From Squalus acanthias (Eukaryota), in the NCBI GenBank assembly GCA_030390025.1, contig CM059432.1, forward strand, positions 5,332,001 to 5,396,000: a stretch of DNA of 64,000 nt, given 5' to 3'. Every line of letters starts with the position of its first letter. Position 1 is the stretch's first letter. Below are positions 1 through 13,517 of the stretch, piece after piece. The notes beneath the pieces were generated by a model. The model did not search any database and was not told where the DNA came from. It was given only the letters and a program-made list of their open reading frames with translations. The translations under genes were made by a program, and so were the position numbers.

Positions 1-1087
1 GAAATTCCTCCTCATCTAAGTCTTAAATGGCCGACTCCTTAACTTGAGACTGTGCCCCCTAGTTCTAGGCTCTCCAGCCAGGGGAAACACCTCTCAGCAT
101 CTACCCAGTCAATCCCCTCTCAGTATCTGGTATGTTTCATAGTTGCTTATTTAAAATTGTTGAGTTGTGACTTCACTTTTTTTAATTTTAAAAGTAACAT
201 TTTGTAGGTTATAAGATTTTCAAGAATAAAATTGTACTTTTGGTTGACTGCTCAAAACAATCTGGGTCTGCATGAGTATTGCATAGTTTTTCCTGCGGGA
301 GAGAGGTGTGCCTTATATCAAATGGGGGGGGGGGGGGGGAACTGCTAAGAGTTAATCCTGAATCTGCCGTTCAACCTTTCTGCTGGATTCTGTCTGAAAA
401 TTCAAAGGGGTACAGTCCTAAAAGATGGTCAATTTCAAAATAATTTGTTCACAAATGCAGACCTTTTAATCAAGCGTTTCACACAGTATGCTGCTGTGTT
501 GTAGCAGAATCTAGCTTGTAACTTTGCACCACCGGTCCCTTCACCCTGCACAGTCTGAACAAAAGACCACTGTAACTACATGACTGCAAGCACTCTGTAG
601 GCAAGCTGAAGAAATGCTGATGGGAACCTTTTTAACTGGTGCGGTATAAAGCTGGATTTTGTGTTGCCGTTTCCTTCACTGGCACTGATTTTCGCTCACT
701 ATAACTGTTTATAAATAGAAAATCATGGTCAAAGCTATGGTATGGTGACCATCTCCACCTGTGAGGCATATAACTCAATTGTTTGCTTGATCAGTGTTGC
801 TTGTGGTGAGATTTGATGAGAGAATGGTCGTCTCTGCCACCCTCTCGTTCCATGAAAGTTTGACTTGTAAGAAAGAATAACATGTTGGGATTGAGAAAGG
901 CCGTTTGATCCATTGGAGCCCATCCTTTCAGTAGATTAACTCCTATCATCATTGTAATTTTTAATAACACAGGTGTTTTTTTCGCCAATAGATTGGTAGG
1001 TGGTTCCAATTATTTCTCATTCTCAGTAATTAATTAAGTTTTTCCTGATGTGCTCAAAATTTGCTTTCCACTCATCTGTGTGCCACA

Positions 1088-1550
1088 GTGTCAGCCGTGG
1101 CTCAGTGGGTAGCACCCTCGCCTCTGAGTCAGAAGGTTGTGGGTTCAAGTCCCACCCCAGAGACTTGAGCACAAAAATCTAGGCTGACACTCCAGTACAG
1201 TGCTGAGGGAGTGTTGCACTGTCGGAGGTGCCGTCTTTCGGATGAGACGTTAAACCGAGGCCCCGTCTGCCCCCTCAGGTGGACGTAAAAGATCCCACGG
1301 CCACTATTTCGAGCAGGGGGCGTTTTCCCTGGTGTTCTGGCCAATATTTATCCCTCAATCGACATCACTAAAACAGATTATCTGGTCATTATCATATTGC
1401 TGTTTGTAGGAGCTTGCTGTGTGCAAAATTGTCTGCTGTGTTTCCAACATTAAAACAGTGACTACACTTGAAAAAGTAGTTCATTGACTAAAGTGCCTTT
1501 GGGATATCCAGTGGTCGTGAAAGGCGCTATATAAAATGTCTTTCCTCTTT
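1088..1550 (+). mobile_element. Full-length Deu-domain SINE (SacSINE1/AmnSINE1-like)
   Basis: tRNA head (TGGCTCAGTGG; GGTTCAAGTCCC), Deu-like core ggatgagacgttaaaccgaggccccgtctgc...ggccaatatttatccctcaa, L2-like tail aaaggcgctatataaa. Confidence 0.85.
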
Positions 1551-1907
1551 CTATTCTGATCCTGTTTTCTTGATGCACTCTGAACTGTTGATCTGGGTTT
1601 ACTTGTCTACAACCATTGAATATTTTACACAATTTGAAATGGTTCATCCTTAACCATCAAAACTGTGAAACTTTAATCCCTCTAAACTTTCTTCATAATT
1701 CAACCTTTTATATTTGTTTTTTTGTATCCTTTCGAACTGTATCCTAATGACCATGACTGAGTGCCGTGTTCTCGGTTTGGGCTAACCAGAGTATTCCAGA
1801 GCTTAAGCATAACAGGTGTAGACTTGGACTCTAATGTTTTAGACCTATATCCTAGTATGCTATTGGTGTTTTATAGCATTGCCACACTGAAAGTTGAGTC
1901 TACTTTT

Positions 1908-2865
1908 ACATAAGAGTTTACAGCACAGAAACAGACCATTCGGCCCAACTGCTCTCTGTCGATGCTTATGCTCCACACGAGCCTCCTCCCACCCTACTTT
2001 GTCTAACCCCTTTTATTCCTTGCTTCCTCATGTACTTATCTAGCCTTCCCTTAGATGCATCTATACTATTCGCCTCAACTACTGCATGTGGTAGCAAGTT
2101 CCACATTCCAACCACACTCTGGGTAAAGTAGATTCTCCTGAATTCCCTACTGGATTTATTGGTGACTATCTTATACTTAGGGCCCCTAGTTTTGGTCTCC
2201 TCCACAAGTGAAAAGGTCCTCTCTACATCTACCCTATCAAACCCCTTCATAATTTTAACGACTTCTATCAGGTCATTTCAATTACAATTATGTGAACATA
2301 GTAATATCATAGAGTCATGGAATAGTGCAGCACAAAAGGCGACCATTCAGCCCATCGAGTCTGTGCGGCTCTTTCGTAGAGCAATTCAGTTAGTCCCACT
2401 AACCCCCCCCCCCCCCCCCCCATATCTCTGTAATTTTTTCTCCTTCCAGTATTTCTCCAATTCCCTTTTGAAGGCTACTATTGAATCTGTATCCACCTCC
2501 CTATCAGGCAGTGCATTCCAAATCCTAACCACTCGTTGCGTAAAAAAGTTGTTCCTCATGTCGCATCTGGCTCTTTTGACAATCACCTTAAATCTGTGCC
2601 CCCTCTGGTCATCGACCCTTCAGCCATTGGAAACAGTTTCTCTTTATTTACTCTATCTAAACCCTTCATGATTTTAAACACCTCTATCAAATCTCCTCTT
2701 GGCCTTCTCTGCTCCAAGGAAAACAACCCCAGCTTCTCCAGCCTATCCACATAACTGTATTCCCTCATCCCTGGAACCATTCTAGTAAATCTCTTCTGTG
2801 CCCTCTCCAAAGCCTTCATGTCCTTCCTAAAATGTGGAGAATTGGACACAATACTCCAGCTGTGG
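1908..2865 (-). mobile_element. Two tandem CR1 LINE 3' fragments
   Basis: ALERAQKRFTRMVPG...LFSLEQRR.RGDLIEVFKIMKG...FFTQRVVRIWNALP. Confidence 0.88.
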
Positions 2866-3499
2866 ATACAGTAAATCCCACGATAATGGTGTAATCATTG
2901 ATTTGTCAAATATGCTTTGTTGCATTTTGGACACGTTTTTAAAAAAAACTTAAATGTTCGTTCAACAGTTTTTTCGCATTTCTCATTACATATGGCAATT
3001 CAACTCCTAGCTGATCCTGAGTGAAATGAGTTTCTACAATTAGTTCCTGGGGGTGGGGTGAGCTAAATTAGCGGTCTCATTCTGGGCTCAAAATGGCTGG
3101 TATTAGAAATTGTCACATTCATTCAGTTGTAAGTCTCTTCTGAGGCTGGAGTTAAAGACCATTGTTGGGGTAAAATAGAAGGGATTTCTCTGAGTCAGAA
3201 GATTGTGGGTTCAAGTCCCACTCCAGAGATTTGAGCAGTATATTTTTTTTCAAAAGGGAGCACAAGAACATAAGAAATAGGAGCAGGAGTGGGCCGTACA
3301 GCCCCTCGAGCCTGCTCCGCCATTCAATAAGATCATGGCTGATCTACCTCAACTCCACTTTCCTGCCCGATCCCCATATCCCTTGATTCCCTTAGTGTCC
3401 AAAAATCTATAATGTAGCCTCATTCATTCATTTACTGCCCAATCCTACCTCTTCCCAGCCTGCTTCCAAGTCGGGTAAATTCAACAGAAAAGACAGCCG

Positions 3500-4045
3500 G
3501 TCTCGCCTCCTGACTCCCCAAAGCCTTTCCACCATCTACAAGGCACAAGTCAGGAGTGTGATGGAATACTCTCCACTTGTCTGGATTAGTGCAGCTCCAA
3601 CAACACTCAAAGCTCAGTGCCATCCAGGACAAAGCAGCCCGCTTGACTGGCATCCCATCCACCACCTTAAACATTCACTCCCTGCACCACTGGCGCACCG
3701 TGGCTGCAGTGTGTACCATCTACAAGATGCACTGCAGCAACTCGCCAAGGCTTCTTCAGCAGCACCTCCCAAACTCGCGACCTCAAGGGCAGCAGGCGAA
3801 TGGGAACACCATCACCTCCAAGTTCCCCACCATCCTGACTTGGAAATATATCAGCCGTTCCTTCATCATTGCTGGGTCAAAATCCTGGAACTCCCTCCCT
3901 AACAGCGCTGTGGGAGTACCTTCACCACACGGACTGCAGCGGTTCAAGAAGGCGGCTCACCACCACCTTCTCAAGGGCAACTAGGGATGGGCAATAAATG
4001 CTGGCCTTGCCAACGACACCCACATCCCAGGAATGGATTAAAAAA
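3500..4045 (+). mobile_element. LINE-B 5'-truncated copy (3' end)
   Basis: ORF end ...LQRFKKAAHHHLLKGN* and tail gggcaataaatgctggcc...cacatccc. Confidence 0.85.
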
Positions 4046-5344
4046 GTCTCATTGTCACATCTGTCATTATCCATGTTGCGAGAGGGCAATGTCATTGGGT
4101 AGTAGGTGGGCAGGAATGTGTGGCTACAGGCTTTATTCCCCATAATTGTGTACACAAAATGGCAACTAACTTATTGAAAAAAAGAAAAACTATTCCACTT
4201 GGTTTTTAAACTTTTTTTTCGACAGATTGGCAGCAAAAGATGACATTTGTTTCTAAAATACTAATATTTCAGTGTTCTATTCATCTCATTTTAATATTTT
4301 TATATATATATAAAATATCTGTTCACAGAAGGTTGGAGTATACGCTAGTTTATAAGGACAGTAGCATTCTAGCATGCAGCTACAATGTATTTTGTTAAAG
4401 AGCAACAGTGTATAACTTAGTGTGTCCTTTTAAGGGCAAGTGGTGTAAGTGTTGCTTCCTCAGTGATTAGATGCTGATTGCTGTTCGGAGATTCTTAGAT
4501 CGTTAAAGGTTGCACTAGATTTTTTTAATGGATACTTTAAAAAAAATAATGTATACTCTTTTTCTAAATGGACTCCAAAAGTCAATTGGAAGGTCCAGTT
4601 TGCCTTCCTTGGGTCGATTAGAGGCTACTTGCTGCTAATAGATCCTCAGTTCAATTCAAGATCAGACTGCAGCAGGAGGGTCGGTAACCACAAACACCGA
4701 TTTAAGGTCATTGGCAAAAGGACCAAAGGGGAGATAAAAGGAAAGAATCGTACTGCACAGAAGAGATCTTTCGGCCCATCATGCCTGCCGGCTCTTTGAA
4801 AGAGCTATCCAGTTAGTCCCACTCCCCTGCGCTTTCCTCAGATGAGAGTTTTTTTTAAGCAGTGGAATACGCTGCCTGAAAGGGTGGGGGGAGCAGATTC
4901 AAGAGTAACTTTCAAAAGGGGATTCGATACATACTTGAAAGGGGAAAAAATTGCAGGGTTCTGGGGAAAGAGCCGGGACGAATTGGAGAGCTTTTTCAAA
5001 GAGCCGGCACAGGCACGATGGGTTGAAAGTCCACCTTCTGTGCTGTAAGAACTCCAGTAACAGGCTGTGCAACAAAACCAGTTGATGTTTCAATCGTATT
5101 TCCCAGTAGAACACCACATCCCATGATGGTGGCGGCACAATGGGTGGAATTCCTGTTGCAGTTTTTTTGTACTTGACAATTTCAAAGTTGACAACTGTTG
5201 GTATCGTGGCACCAATATTTCATTAAATAAATGTTGAGGTTTTGCTATATTTAATCCAGTAATAAAATCAGCTACCCATTGTAATAGATACATTAAGGTT
5301 ATGCCTTACCTATCGGAAAGAAAGAAAGACTTGAATTTATACAG

Positions 5345-6812
5345 ATGCCCTAACTAATCTTCCAAAGTGTTCTCGAGTCAAGAACAGTTCCTTTAGATTA
5401 GAAAATTGCGCATGTCACTCTGCTATTTAAGAATGGTGAGAGAGGGAAACCAGGAAATTATAGACCAGTTAACCTAATATCTGTTGTCAGGAAGTTTACT
5501 AGAGTCTATAATTAAGGATAGGGTGACTGAACACCTTTAAAGTTTCAGCTGATCAGAGAGAGCAGGATGGATTTGTGAAAGGTCGGTCATGCTTGACGAA
5601 CCTGATTGAATTGTTTGAAGAGGTAACTAAAGTACTGGACAGGGGAATGTCTCTGCATGTTATTTATATGAATTTCCAGAAGGCATTTGATAAAGTCCCT
5701 CCTACGAGACTGTTAACTAAGGTTGAAGCCCGTGGAATTGAAGGCAAATTATCGACCTGGTTAGGAAATTGGCTGAGCGGCAGGAGACAGAGTCGGGATA
5801 ATGGGCAGGTACTCTAGTTGGCAGGGTGTGACTGGTGGTGTCCCGCAGGGATCTGTGTTGGGGCCTCAACTATTCACAGTATTTATTAACGACTTAGATG
5901 ATGGGATAGAAAGCCGCATAGCCAAATTTGCCGATGACACAAAGATAGGCAGCATTGTAGGCCGTGCAGATGAAAGCATAGAATTAGAAAAGGGATATTG
6001 ATAGATTAAGTGAATGTGCAAAACTGTGGCAAATGTGAGGTCATCCACTTTGGACCTAAAAAGGATAGAACAGGGTACTTTCTAAATGGTGCAAAGCTAA
6101 AAACAGTGTCGGTCCAAAGAGTCTTGGGGGTCCAGGTACATAGATCATTCAAATATCCTGAACAGGTATGGAAGATAATCAAAAAGGCTAATGGAATGCT
6201 GGCCTTTATATCTAGAGGACTAGAATACAAGGGGGTGGAAGTTAAGCTACAGCTGTACAAAGCCCTGGTTAGACCACACCTGGGGTACTGTGAGCAGTTC
6301 TGGGCACCACACCTCAGGAAGGATATATTGGCCTTGGAGGGAGTGCAGCGTAGGTTTACCAGACTGATACCCGGACTTCAAGGGTTAAATTACGAGGAAA
6401 GATTACACAAATTAGGGTTGTATTCCCTAGAATTTAGAAGGATAAGGGGTAATTTGATCCAAGTTTTCAAGACATTAAGGGGAACAGATAGGGTAGATAG
6501 AGAGAAACTATTTCCACTGGTTGGGAGTCAAGGACTGGGGGTGTAGTCGAAAAATTAGAGCCAGATCTTTCAGGAGTGAAATTAGGAAACACTTCTACAC
6601 AGGACGGTAGACGTTTGGAACTCTATTCCGCAAACCGCAATCGATGCTAGATCAATTGTTAATTTTAAATCTGAGTGATAGATTTTTGTTAACCAAAGGT
6701 ATTAAGGGATATGGGCCAAAGGCGGGTATATGGAGTTAGGTCGCAGATCAGCCTTGATTTCATTGAATGGCGGAACAGGCTTGAGGGGCTGAATGGCCTA
6801 CTGCTGTTCCTA
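5345..6812 (+). mobile_element. CR1/HER1-like LINE RT fragment with 3' tail
   Basis: [43 protein letters not shown]. Confidence 0.92.
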
Positions 6813-7254
6813 TAGAGCACCTTTCATGACCACCGGACGTCCCAAAGTGCTTTACAGCCAATGAAGTACTTTAGAAGTGTTGTCACTGTTGTAATGAGGG
6901 AAATGCGGCAGCCAATTTGTGCACAGCAAGCTCCCACAAACAGCAATGTGACAATGACCAGATAATCTGTTTTAGTGATGTTGATTGAGGGATAAATATT
7001 GGCCAGGACACTGGGGATAACTCCCTGCTCCTCTTCAAAATAGTGCCACGGTATCTCTTGCGTCCACCTGAGAGCAGACGGGGCCTCGGTTTAACGTCTC
7101 ATCCGAACGACAGCACCTCCGACAGTGCAGCACTCCCTCAGTACTGCACTGGAGTGTCAGCTTAGATTTTTGTGCTCAAGTCTCTGGAGTGGGACTTGAT
7201 CGCAACCTTCTGACTCCGAGGCGAGCGTGCTACCCACTGAGCCACGGCTGACAC
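6813..7254 (-). mobile_element. Deu-domain SINE; its tail at 5316-5344 is separated by a CR1 insertion
   Basis: Reverse complement of 1088-1550. Confidence 0.85.
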
Positions 7255-7949
7255 TTAAGTAAGCCTATAAGTGCTGTGATGAGTTAATCCTTTTAAAGTA
7301 AACTGTCCTGTAGGTAAATTACTGCAGATTAAGGATAAGAACCACTGTGGATAATCTCAATGCTGTCGAACAGTCACTCTTCAACCATACTTGTCACAAA
7401 TATAAAGCAAATATCTTGTGTTTCTTATCCAAGTTTTTGTGTGAAGTAAGGAAGTAAGTAAGGAACTGGTCCCCTCACAGAGAGGACGTGATTTTAATAT
7501 AGGCCTAGAGAGATTGTTGTCAGAATTAGCAGATGACGCCAAAATAGGAGATTTAGTTAATTCTGTAGAAGACCAAAGGAAGCTACAGAGGGGTATTGGT
7601 AAGGTGGGGGTGGGAGGGGTGGGGTGGTTTAAAAGAGTGGCAATAGTAATTATACTCTGAATGGAAGTAGGCTTGGTGCTGTGGAAGAGCAGCGGGATTT
7701 GGGAGTACAGTTTAATGGGACATTAAAGGTAGCCCCTCAGGTTGATACGGTCATTTTAATTAAAACCAAGCTAATGGAATCCTAGGTTTTATCACGAGGT
7801 ATAGAATAAAGGGGGTAATGAGGTTACATAAAACATTGCTAGGTCCTCAGTTAGAGTTATTTGTGCAATATTGGGCTTCACACTATAGGAAGGATATTGA
7901 GCTGTTAGAGAAGATACAATGTAGTTTCACTAAAACGCTGCCTGAAAGA

Positions 7950-8129
7950 GAGAATGATGCGGAGATGCCGGTGTTGGACTTGGGTGGACAAAAATGAGAA
8001 GTCGCACAACTGTGTAATCGATTCCCTCATTGTACCTTTACCTGACGAAGGGGCAACAGCTCCGAAAGCTCGTAATTTTAAATAAATCTGTTGGACTATA
8101 ACCTGGTGTTGTGCGACTTCTCATTTTTG
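7950..8129. mobile_element. Penelope-like pLTR fragment with an inverted segment
   Basis: caaaaatgagaagtcgcacaac (7989-8010) / gttgtgcgacttctcatttttg (8108-8129) inverted pair around a hammerhead. Confidence 0.7.
8038..8075 (+). ncRNA. Minimal type I hammerhead ribozyme (second Penelope-like family)
   Basis: TTAC-CTGACGA-A-GGGGC.AACA.GCTCC-GAAA-GC-TC^-GTAA. Confidence 0.75.
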
Positions 8130-8750
8130 AAAGAAAGAAAGACTTGGATTTCTGTGGCGCCTTTCATGACCTCGGGACGTCCCAAAGCACTTTAATGCTA
8201 ATGAAGTACTTTTGAAGTGTAGTCACTGTTGTAATGTAGGACATGTGGCTGCCAATTTGCGCACAGCAAGCTCCCACAAACACCAATGTGATAATGACTA
8301 GATAATCTCTCTTTTTTTATTTGTTCTGTTGATTGAGGGATCAATATTGGCCAGGACTCGAGGGGAACCAAGTTAGACTCGAGGGAATCAAAGGGAATCG
8401 GGTGGAAAAGTGGAGTTGAGGTCGAAAATCAGCCATGATCTTATTGAATGGCTCGAAGGGTCGTATGGTCTACTCCTGCTCAGAATTCTTGCGTATGCTC
8501 TTATATACACCGGGGATAACTTCCCTGCTCTTTTTCAAAATAGTGCCATGGAATCATTTACATCCACCCGAGAGGGCAGACGGGGCCTCGGTTTAACGTC
8601 TCATCCGAAAGGCGGCACCTCCGACAGTGCAGCACCCCCTCAGAACTGCACTGGAGTGTCAGCCTAGATTTTTGTACTCCAGTCTCTGGGGTGGGACTTG
8701 AACCACAACCTTCTGACTCTGGTGAGGGTGCTGCCCACTGAGCCATGGCT
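8130..8750 (-). mobile_element. Deu-domain SINE with a nested CR1/HER1 tail (~8360-8505)
   Basis: Same family, interrupted at ggccaggac...accggggataac. Confidence 0.8.
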
Positions 8751-10423
8751 GGTATGAGGAAATACAAATACAAAACAAACAAGTTGGGGTGAAATGGGGC
8801 TTTTTTTTTTGTTATAGTGATGCAGATTATGGAAGTAATGTGATAAGTGTTTGTTTAAAAATTCTGAAAGGAATTGAGAGGCTGGACAGAAGCCGAGTAT
8901 TTGCTGCAGTTGAAGTGTCAAGTATGTGGAGTCAGAGATTTAGGACAGAGAGCAAGAGAAATTTCTTTGTGCAGGGAGTTGTGAGGTTGTGTAATTCCAG
9001 GGTTAGTGGTTGAGGCAGAAACTGTTGCAACATTCAAGATTAAATTGGATAGGTGGGTGAAAGAAAATGGGATCTGTGAATAGGTTGGGTTAATGTGATT
9101 TGGACCGTTTATTCCAAGAGGAGGGCAAACACTACCATTGACATGGTTGGGCCGAATGGCCTGTTTGTGTGTTGGAACTTCGATGCAAGGCAAATTAAAC
9201 CTGCTGGCTATTTGATTTTTCTTCCTTTCTGGTTATAACAGTTCTTCGAAGGAAAATGGCTTATTGCGAATCGAAAATTTCCCAACCATTCCTTCATGTT
9301 CTCATTCTCGAACCCCTCAACAGAAGTGACATCATGGTAGTTTTATCTTTGCAATAGCTAAATTTATGTCAGTCGAGTAGACTTTCGGTAAAGGTCTAAT
9401 ACTGGTAATAAAATAGGCAAAGCACAGTAGATGTGACATGTTTTCCTCTTTGGTATTTTACATTATGACCTGTATTAAGTTTTGGTGAAATATATTTGGG
9501 TTTTGATCTAAATAAGTGATGTCATTCTAAATCAGTGTCAGCTGTGACTCAGTGGGCAGCACCCTTGCCTCGGAGTCAGAAGGTTGTGGGTTCAAGTCCC
9601 ACTCCAGAGACTTGAGCACACAAATCTAGGCTGACATTCCAGTGCAGTGCTGAGGGAGTGCTGCACTCTCGGAGGTGCCGGATTTTTCCCCGGTGTCCTG
9701 GCTGGCCAGGAGTGCGTTGGAATAGTTAAGTCTGGAGCTAACAAAGGCATGGATGAGGGTTTCAGCAGCAGATGAGCGGGGGTGGAGTCGGGCAATGTTA
9801 CGGAGGTGGAAATGGGCAGTCTTGGTGATGGCGCGGTTATGTGGTCAGAAGCTCATCTCGGGGTCAAATGTGACACCAAGGTTCCCAACAGTCTGGTTCA
9901 GCCTCATACAGTTTCCAGGGAGAGGGATGGAGTCGGTGTCTAGGGAACGAAGTTTGTGGCGGGGACCGAAGACAATGGCTTCAGTCTTTCACATACACTT
10001 TCCAGCACGAAACTGATCAGAAAGGAAGCCCTTGGTTTTTAACCCTCCCTCGCTAAGGGGCAATGAGGGCAATTCTAGCACCCCACCTGCTCTATTGACA
10101 AACTCAGCAGAGAGCAGGGATTGAACCTGAGCCCCTCTGGCTCGTGTGGGTTAGTTTGACGGTGGGTGCTGCCGTTACACCATAGACCGTTGGAGAGATC
10201 ATTTTGCCACTCCATATTGGAGTGTAACGAAATTGGCAAAGCACCTCTGTCCCTTGGACAGGTATTAGAAGATGTGTTGGTAATCCCAGTTCCGTTCTAA
10301 TTATAGCTTGGCTTGATGCAGTTGAAACGTCTGTATAAGTTATAGCCGCAGAGCATATTTTCTTCATGGGTTTGAATTCATTGTCTTTCCGTGAGAGTCC
10401 TGATTGTTTTGTGGAATTATTTA

Positions 10424-10718
10424 CCCCCCAAAACTCGCAACCTCTACCACCTAGAAGAACAAGGGCAGCAGGCGCATTGGAACACTGCCACCTCCAAGTT
10501 CCCCTCCAAGTCGCACACCATCCTGACTTGGAAATATATTGCTGTTCCTTCATAGTCGCTGGGTCAAAATCCTGGAACCCTCTCCCTAACAGCACTGTGG
10601 GAGCACCTTCACACGGACTGCAGCGGTTCAAGAAGGCGGCTCACCACCACCTTCTTGAGCAATTAGGGATGGGCAATAAATGCTGGCGCCCACATCCCAG
10701 GAATGAATTTAAAAAAAT
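10424..10718 (+). mobile_element. LINE-B 3' fragment
   Basis: Same tail and SFIVAGSKSWN peptide. Confidence 0.8.
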
Positions 10719-10952
10719 GTAAGTTGAATAATTTGATTGAGAAATACTTATCCCAGGAATATTCATAGTAAGTTGTGTCCTGGACAAGCAGTTACTATGG
10801 TTTTTGCCATTTTTAATTTTAGAGGGAGTGTTCTGTTTGAACTGTTTCTGCCACTTGTAGAGAAAGATTGAAAAGTAAACATTACTTGACTTGTATTAAC
10901 CTCCATGCAGAATCTAAATGCAATACGCTCATGTTTGGTTATTGATTTCCAG

Positions 10953-11054
10953 AAATCACAGCCGAATGGACGAGCAGGAACCGAACCATTGGAAGATGAG
11001 ATTCTTCAGTCATTTGTAAAGCAACAACTGGATGCTGAGAGGAAAACTGAAAAG
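10953..11054 (+). CDS. mtdh: Metadherin internal coding exon (equivalent to exon 2): KSQPNGRAGTEPLEDEILQSFVKQQLDAERKTEK
   Basis: ttccAG acceptor and AAG|GTTGGT donor, phase 0-0. Resembles human MTDH PNGRTVE...KQPPEIDKKNEK. An alternative in-frame acceptor would start the exon at 10962. Confidence 0.88.
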
Positions 11055-13517
11055 GTTGGTTTGTTTTGTGTGTGTGCCAGATAACTTTTGACTTTCAAGT
11101 ATAGTGTTTGTGTAAGCTCATACCAATCTTAAACGAGCTGTCTCAAATCTGCAACTGCTGATTAAAGTAATTGGTAGAAGGATTAGAGGGGAGTTGAGAG
11201 AATTTTTCACCCAAAAGCATGGTGGGGGTCTGGAACGCACTGCCTGAAAGGGTGGTAGAGGCAGAAACCCTCATCGCATTTAAAAAGTACTTGGATATGC
11301 ACTTGAAGTGCCGCAACCTACAGGGCTACGGACCAAGAGCTGGAAAGTGGGATTAGGCTGGATAGCTCTTTGTCGGCCGGCACAGACACTATGGGCCGAA
11401 TGGCCTCTTCCTGTACCATAAATTTCTGTGATTAGGTAGTTACTGCTATACGACAACAATTTGCATTTATGTTTTTTTTAAATTAAAAGGTCCCCAAGCG
11501 CTTCTGAGGTGGATTCAAAAAATGTACTATACAGGTGTGGATTAACCAGGATTAACTTCAGCTACATGAGGTATTTGTAAATAACAAAGATTGAGCGTGA
11601 AGGAGTCTTTCCATCCACACGAACCTCAGTGGTTCAAAAGGGTGGCCCACCACAATCTTCTTGGGGCAGCTAGGGAATGGGTAATAAATACCAGCCTTGC
11701 CAGTGATGCCCACAACACAAAAATGAATTAAAAAAAAAACTAACTGTACTTGCAAGTTGATATCCTTCATTAGATTTTGTTTAAATGTTGTTTCTGATTT
11801 TGTAAGACAAGTTCATGTGTACTTGTGTAATGTTTTAAAATGCACAATTAAATTCGAATACGCTATCATTCAAATCTGCTGGTATGGTACTGTTGAAGAC
11901 CTGAGATGGTACGTACTATTAATATGGTTGCAGAGTGTAGTGGTGGGGCATTATTGCATAAATTGTAGCCAGAACTAATATTTAGTTAAAGAAAGAAAGA
12001 CTTGCATTTAAATCGCACCTTTCATGACCTCCGGACGCCCCAAAGCGCTTTACGGCCAATACTTTTGAAGTGGAGTCACTGTTGTAATATAGGAAACACG
12101 GCAGTCAATTTGCGCACAGCAAGCTCCCACAAACAGCAATGTGATAATGACCAGATAATCTCTTTTTTTAATTGATGTTGATTGAAGGATAAATATTGGC
12201 ACCGGGGGTATAACTGCTACAGCTTAAGCAAGTGCAACTTTAACTTTTGTTTTCCTGATTATTTTTTGTTCCAACAACTTCCTCAAACATTGGACTCTGT
12301 AGTGGAGTGCGAAATCCACCTGTTACGGAGACATGGGGAAGACACGAGGAAGAAGCAGGCAGGCTGCAGCCACTTGGATGATAGCCAAATCTCACTGCTG
12401 TCTCCTGCACTCTTCCTGATGCCAAACCCAGCATTTACTTTCATTAGGGAGGGTGTAATTGCCTTTGGGCAAGAATCCAATTGTACAGAACTTCCTTGTA
12501 CCGCAAATGGATGACAAACCTGTATAGTTGGAAAAAGACTGCCGTTGGGGCCCGGAGGAAGATTCGATTTAGTTGAAGCAGGTGTTACATAAATGTATTA
12601 TTTTCATTAAAAGGTCTCGGGAGGGCGAGGCGACAGCGGTTCCTCCAGGTTGGCAATAGTTTCAGCTCTCAGCAGAGCGACTCCCAACCCTGCTGCCTCT
12701 CCCAGTGATGCTGCCTGTGTCCACCCATCTCCCAATGCTACAGCTGCACCTGCACCCGCACCCATCGATGGCTTATAGAGACATGCGGAAGACCGAGATA
12801 AAAAAAAATCAAGAATAAGGAAAGGAAAACTAAAAGCAAAGATCCAAGATTAGCGTAGCACTGACAGAGAGAAATGAACAGTGGTTGAAGCTGACCGCAT
12901 TGATGCATTTAAGGGAGGCTTGATACATACATGAGGGAGAAGGAAATAGAGGGATACAGGGGGCAGGGCGGGAAGAGGTACTTGGAGTGGGAGGAGGCTC
13001 GTGTGGAGCATAAACACCGACCAAGACCATTTGGGCTGAATGGCCTGTTTCTGTGCTGTAGATTCTGTGTAATAGAAGTAGAAGGGAAAGCAAGTGAGAA
13101 ATAAAGGTTGGTTGATCACCAAACGTCTGTCACTTCATAATTTTTACTATGACTTATTATTATGGCTAATACATGATTGTATCCAAAATTTACAACGACA
13201 AAGTTACAGATCTAATGTGCGAAGGAGAATGGGAACTAAATGTAACTGAGCAACTAGTTCACACTCAATGAACATACAGAGCAAACTGCCACCTCGCAAA
13301 GTGAATATGGGGTACGGTTGAAGAGCCTGAACAGAAATTGGATCGATCACTGATTCACTGAAGAGCAGAGGAGTGTGGCTTGGTGTGGGACTTAGGGTCA
13401 TGTATAGGTCAGAATGTTTAAGGAAGGCAGTGAGGAAACAGATAAAAGAAATAACTTGTATCGCATCTTATCGTGGCCTCGGGATTCTCAAGTACTTCAC
13501 AACCAGCTATTTTTACA

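Larger units (their letters stand above)
7510..9180 (+). mobile_element. Old CR1 fragment interrupted at 7945-8750 by a Penelope-like LTR piece and a SINE
   Basis: Decayed ADD / YWASHYRKDI peptides; resumes at 8751 toward FFVQGVVRL and the tail. Confidence 0.6.

Noticed and set aside
1088..1165. tRNA-like sequences (also at 33967, 50280 and 52100)
   Set aside because: A/B-box heads of SINEs that run into SINE bodies; no complete cloverleaf or terminator.
1..10950. mtdh exon 1 or promoter
   Set aside because: No CpG island or transmembrane-coding exon seen; this stretch reads as intron 1.
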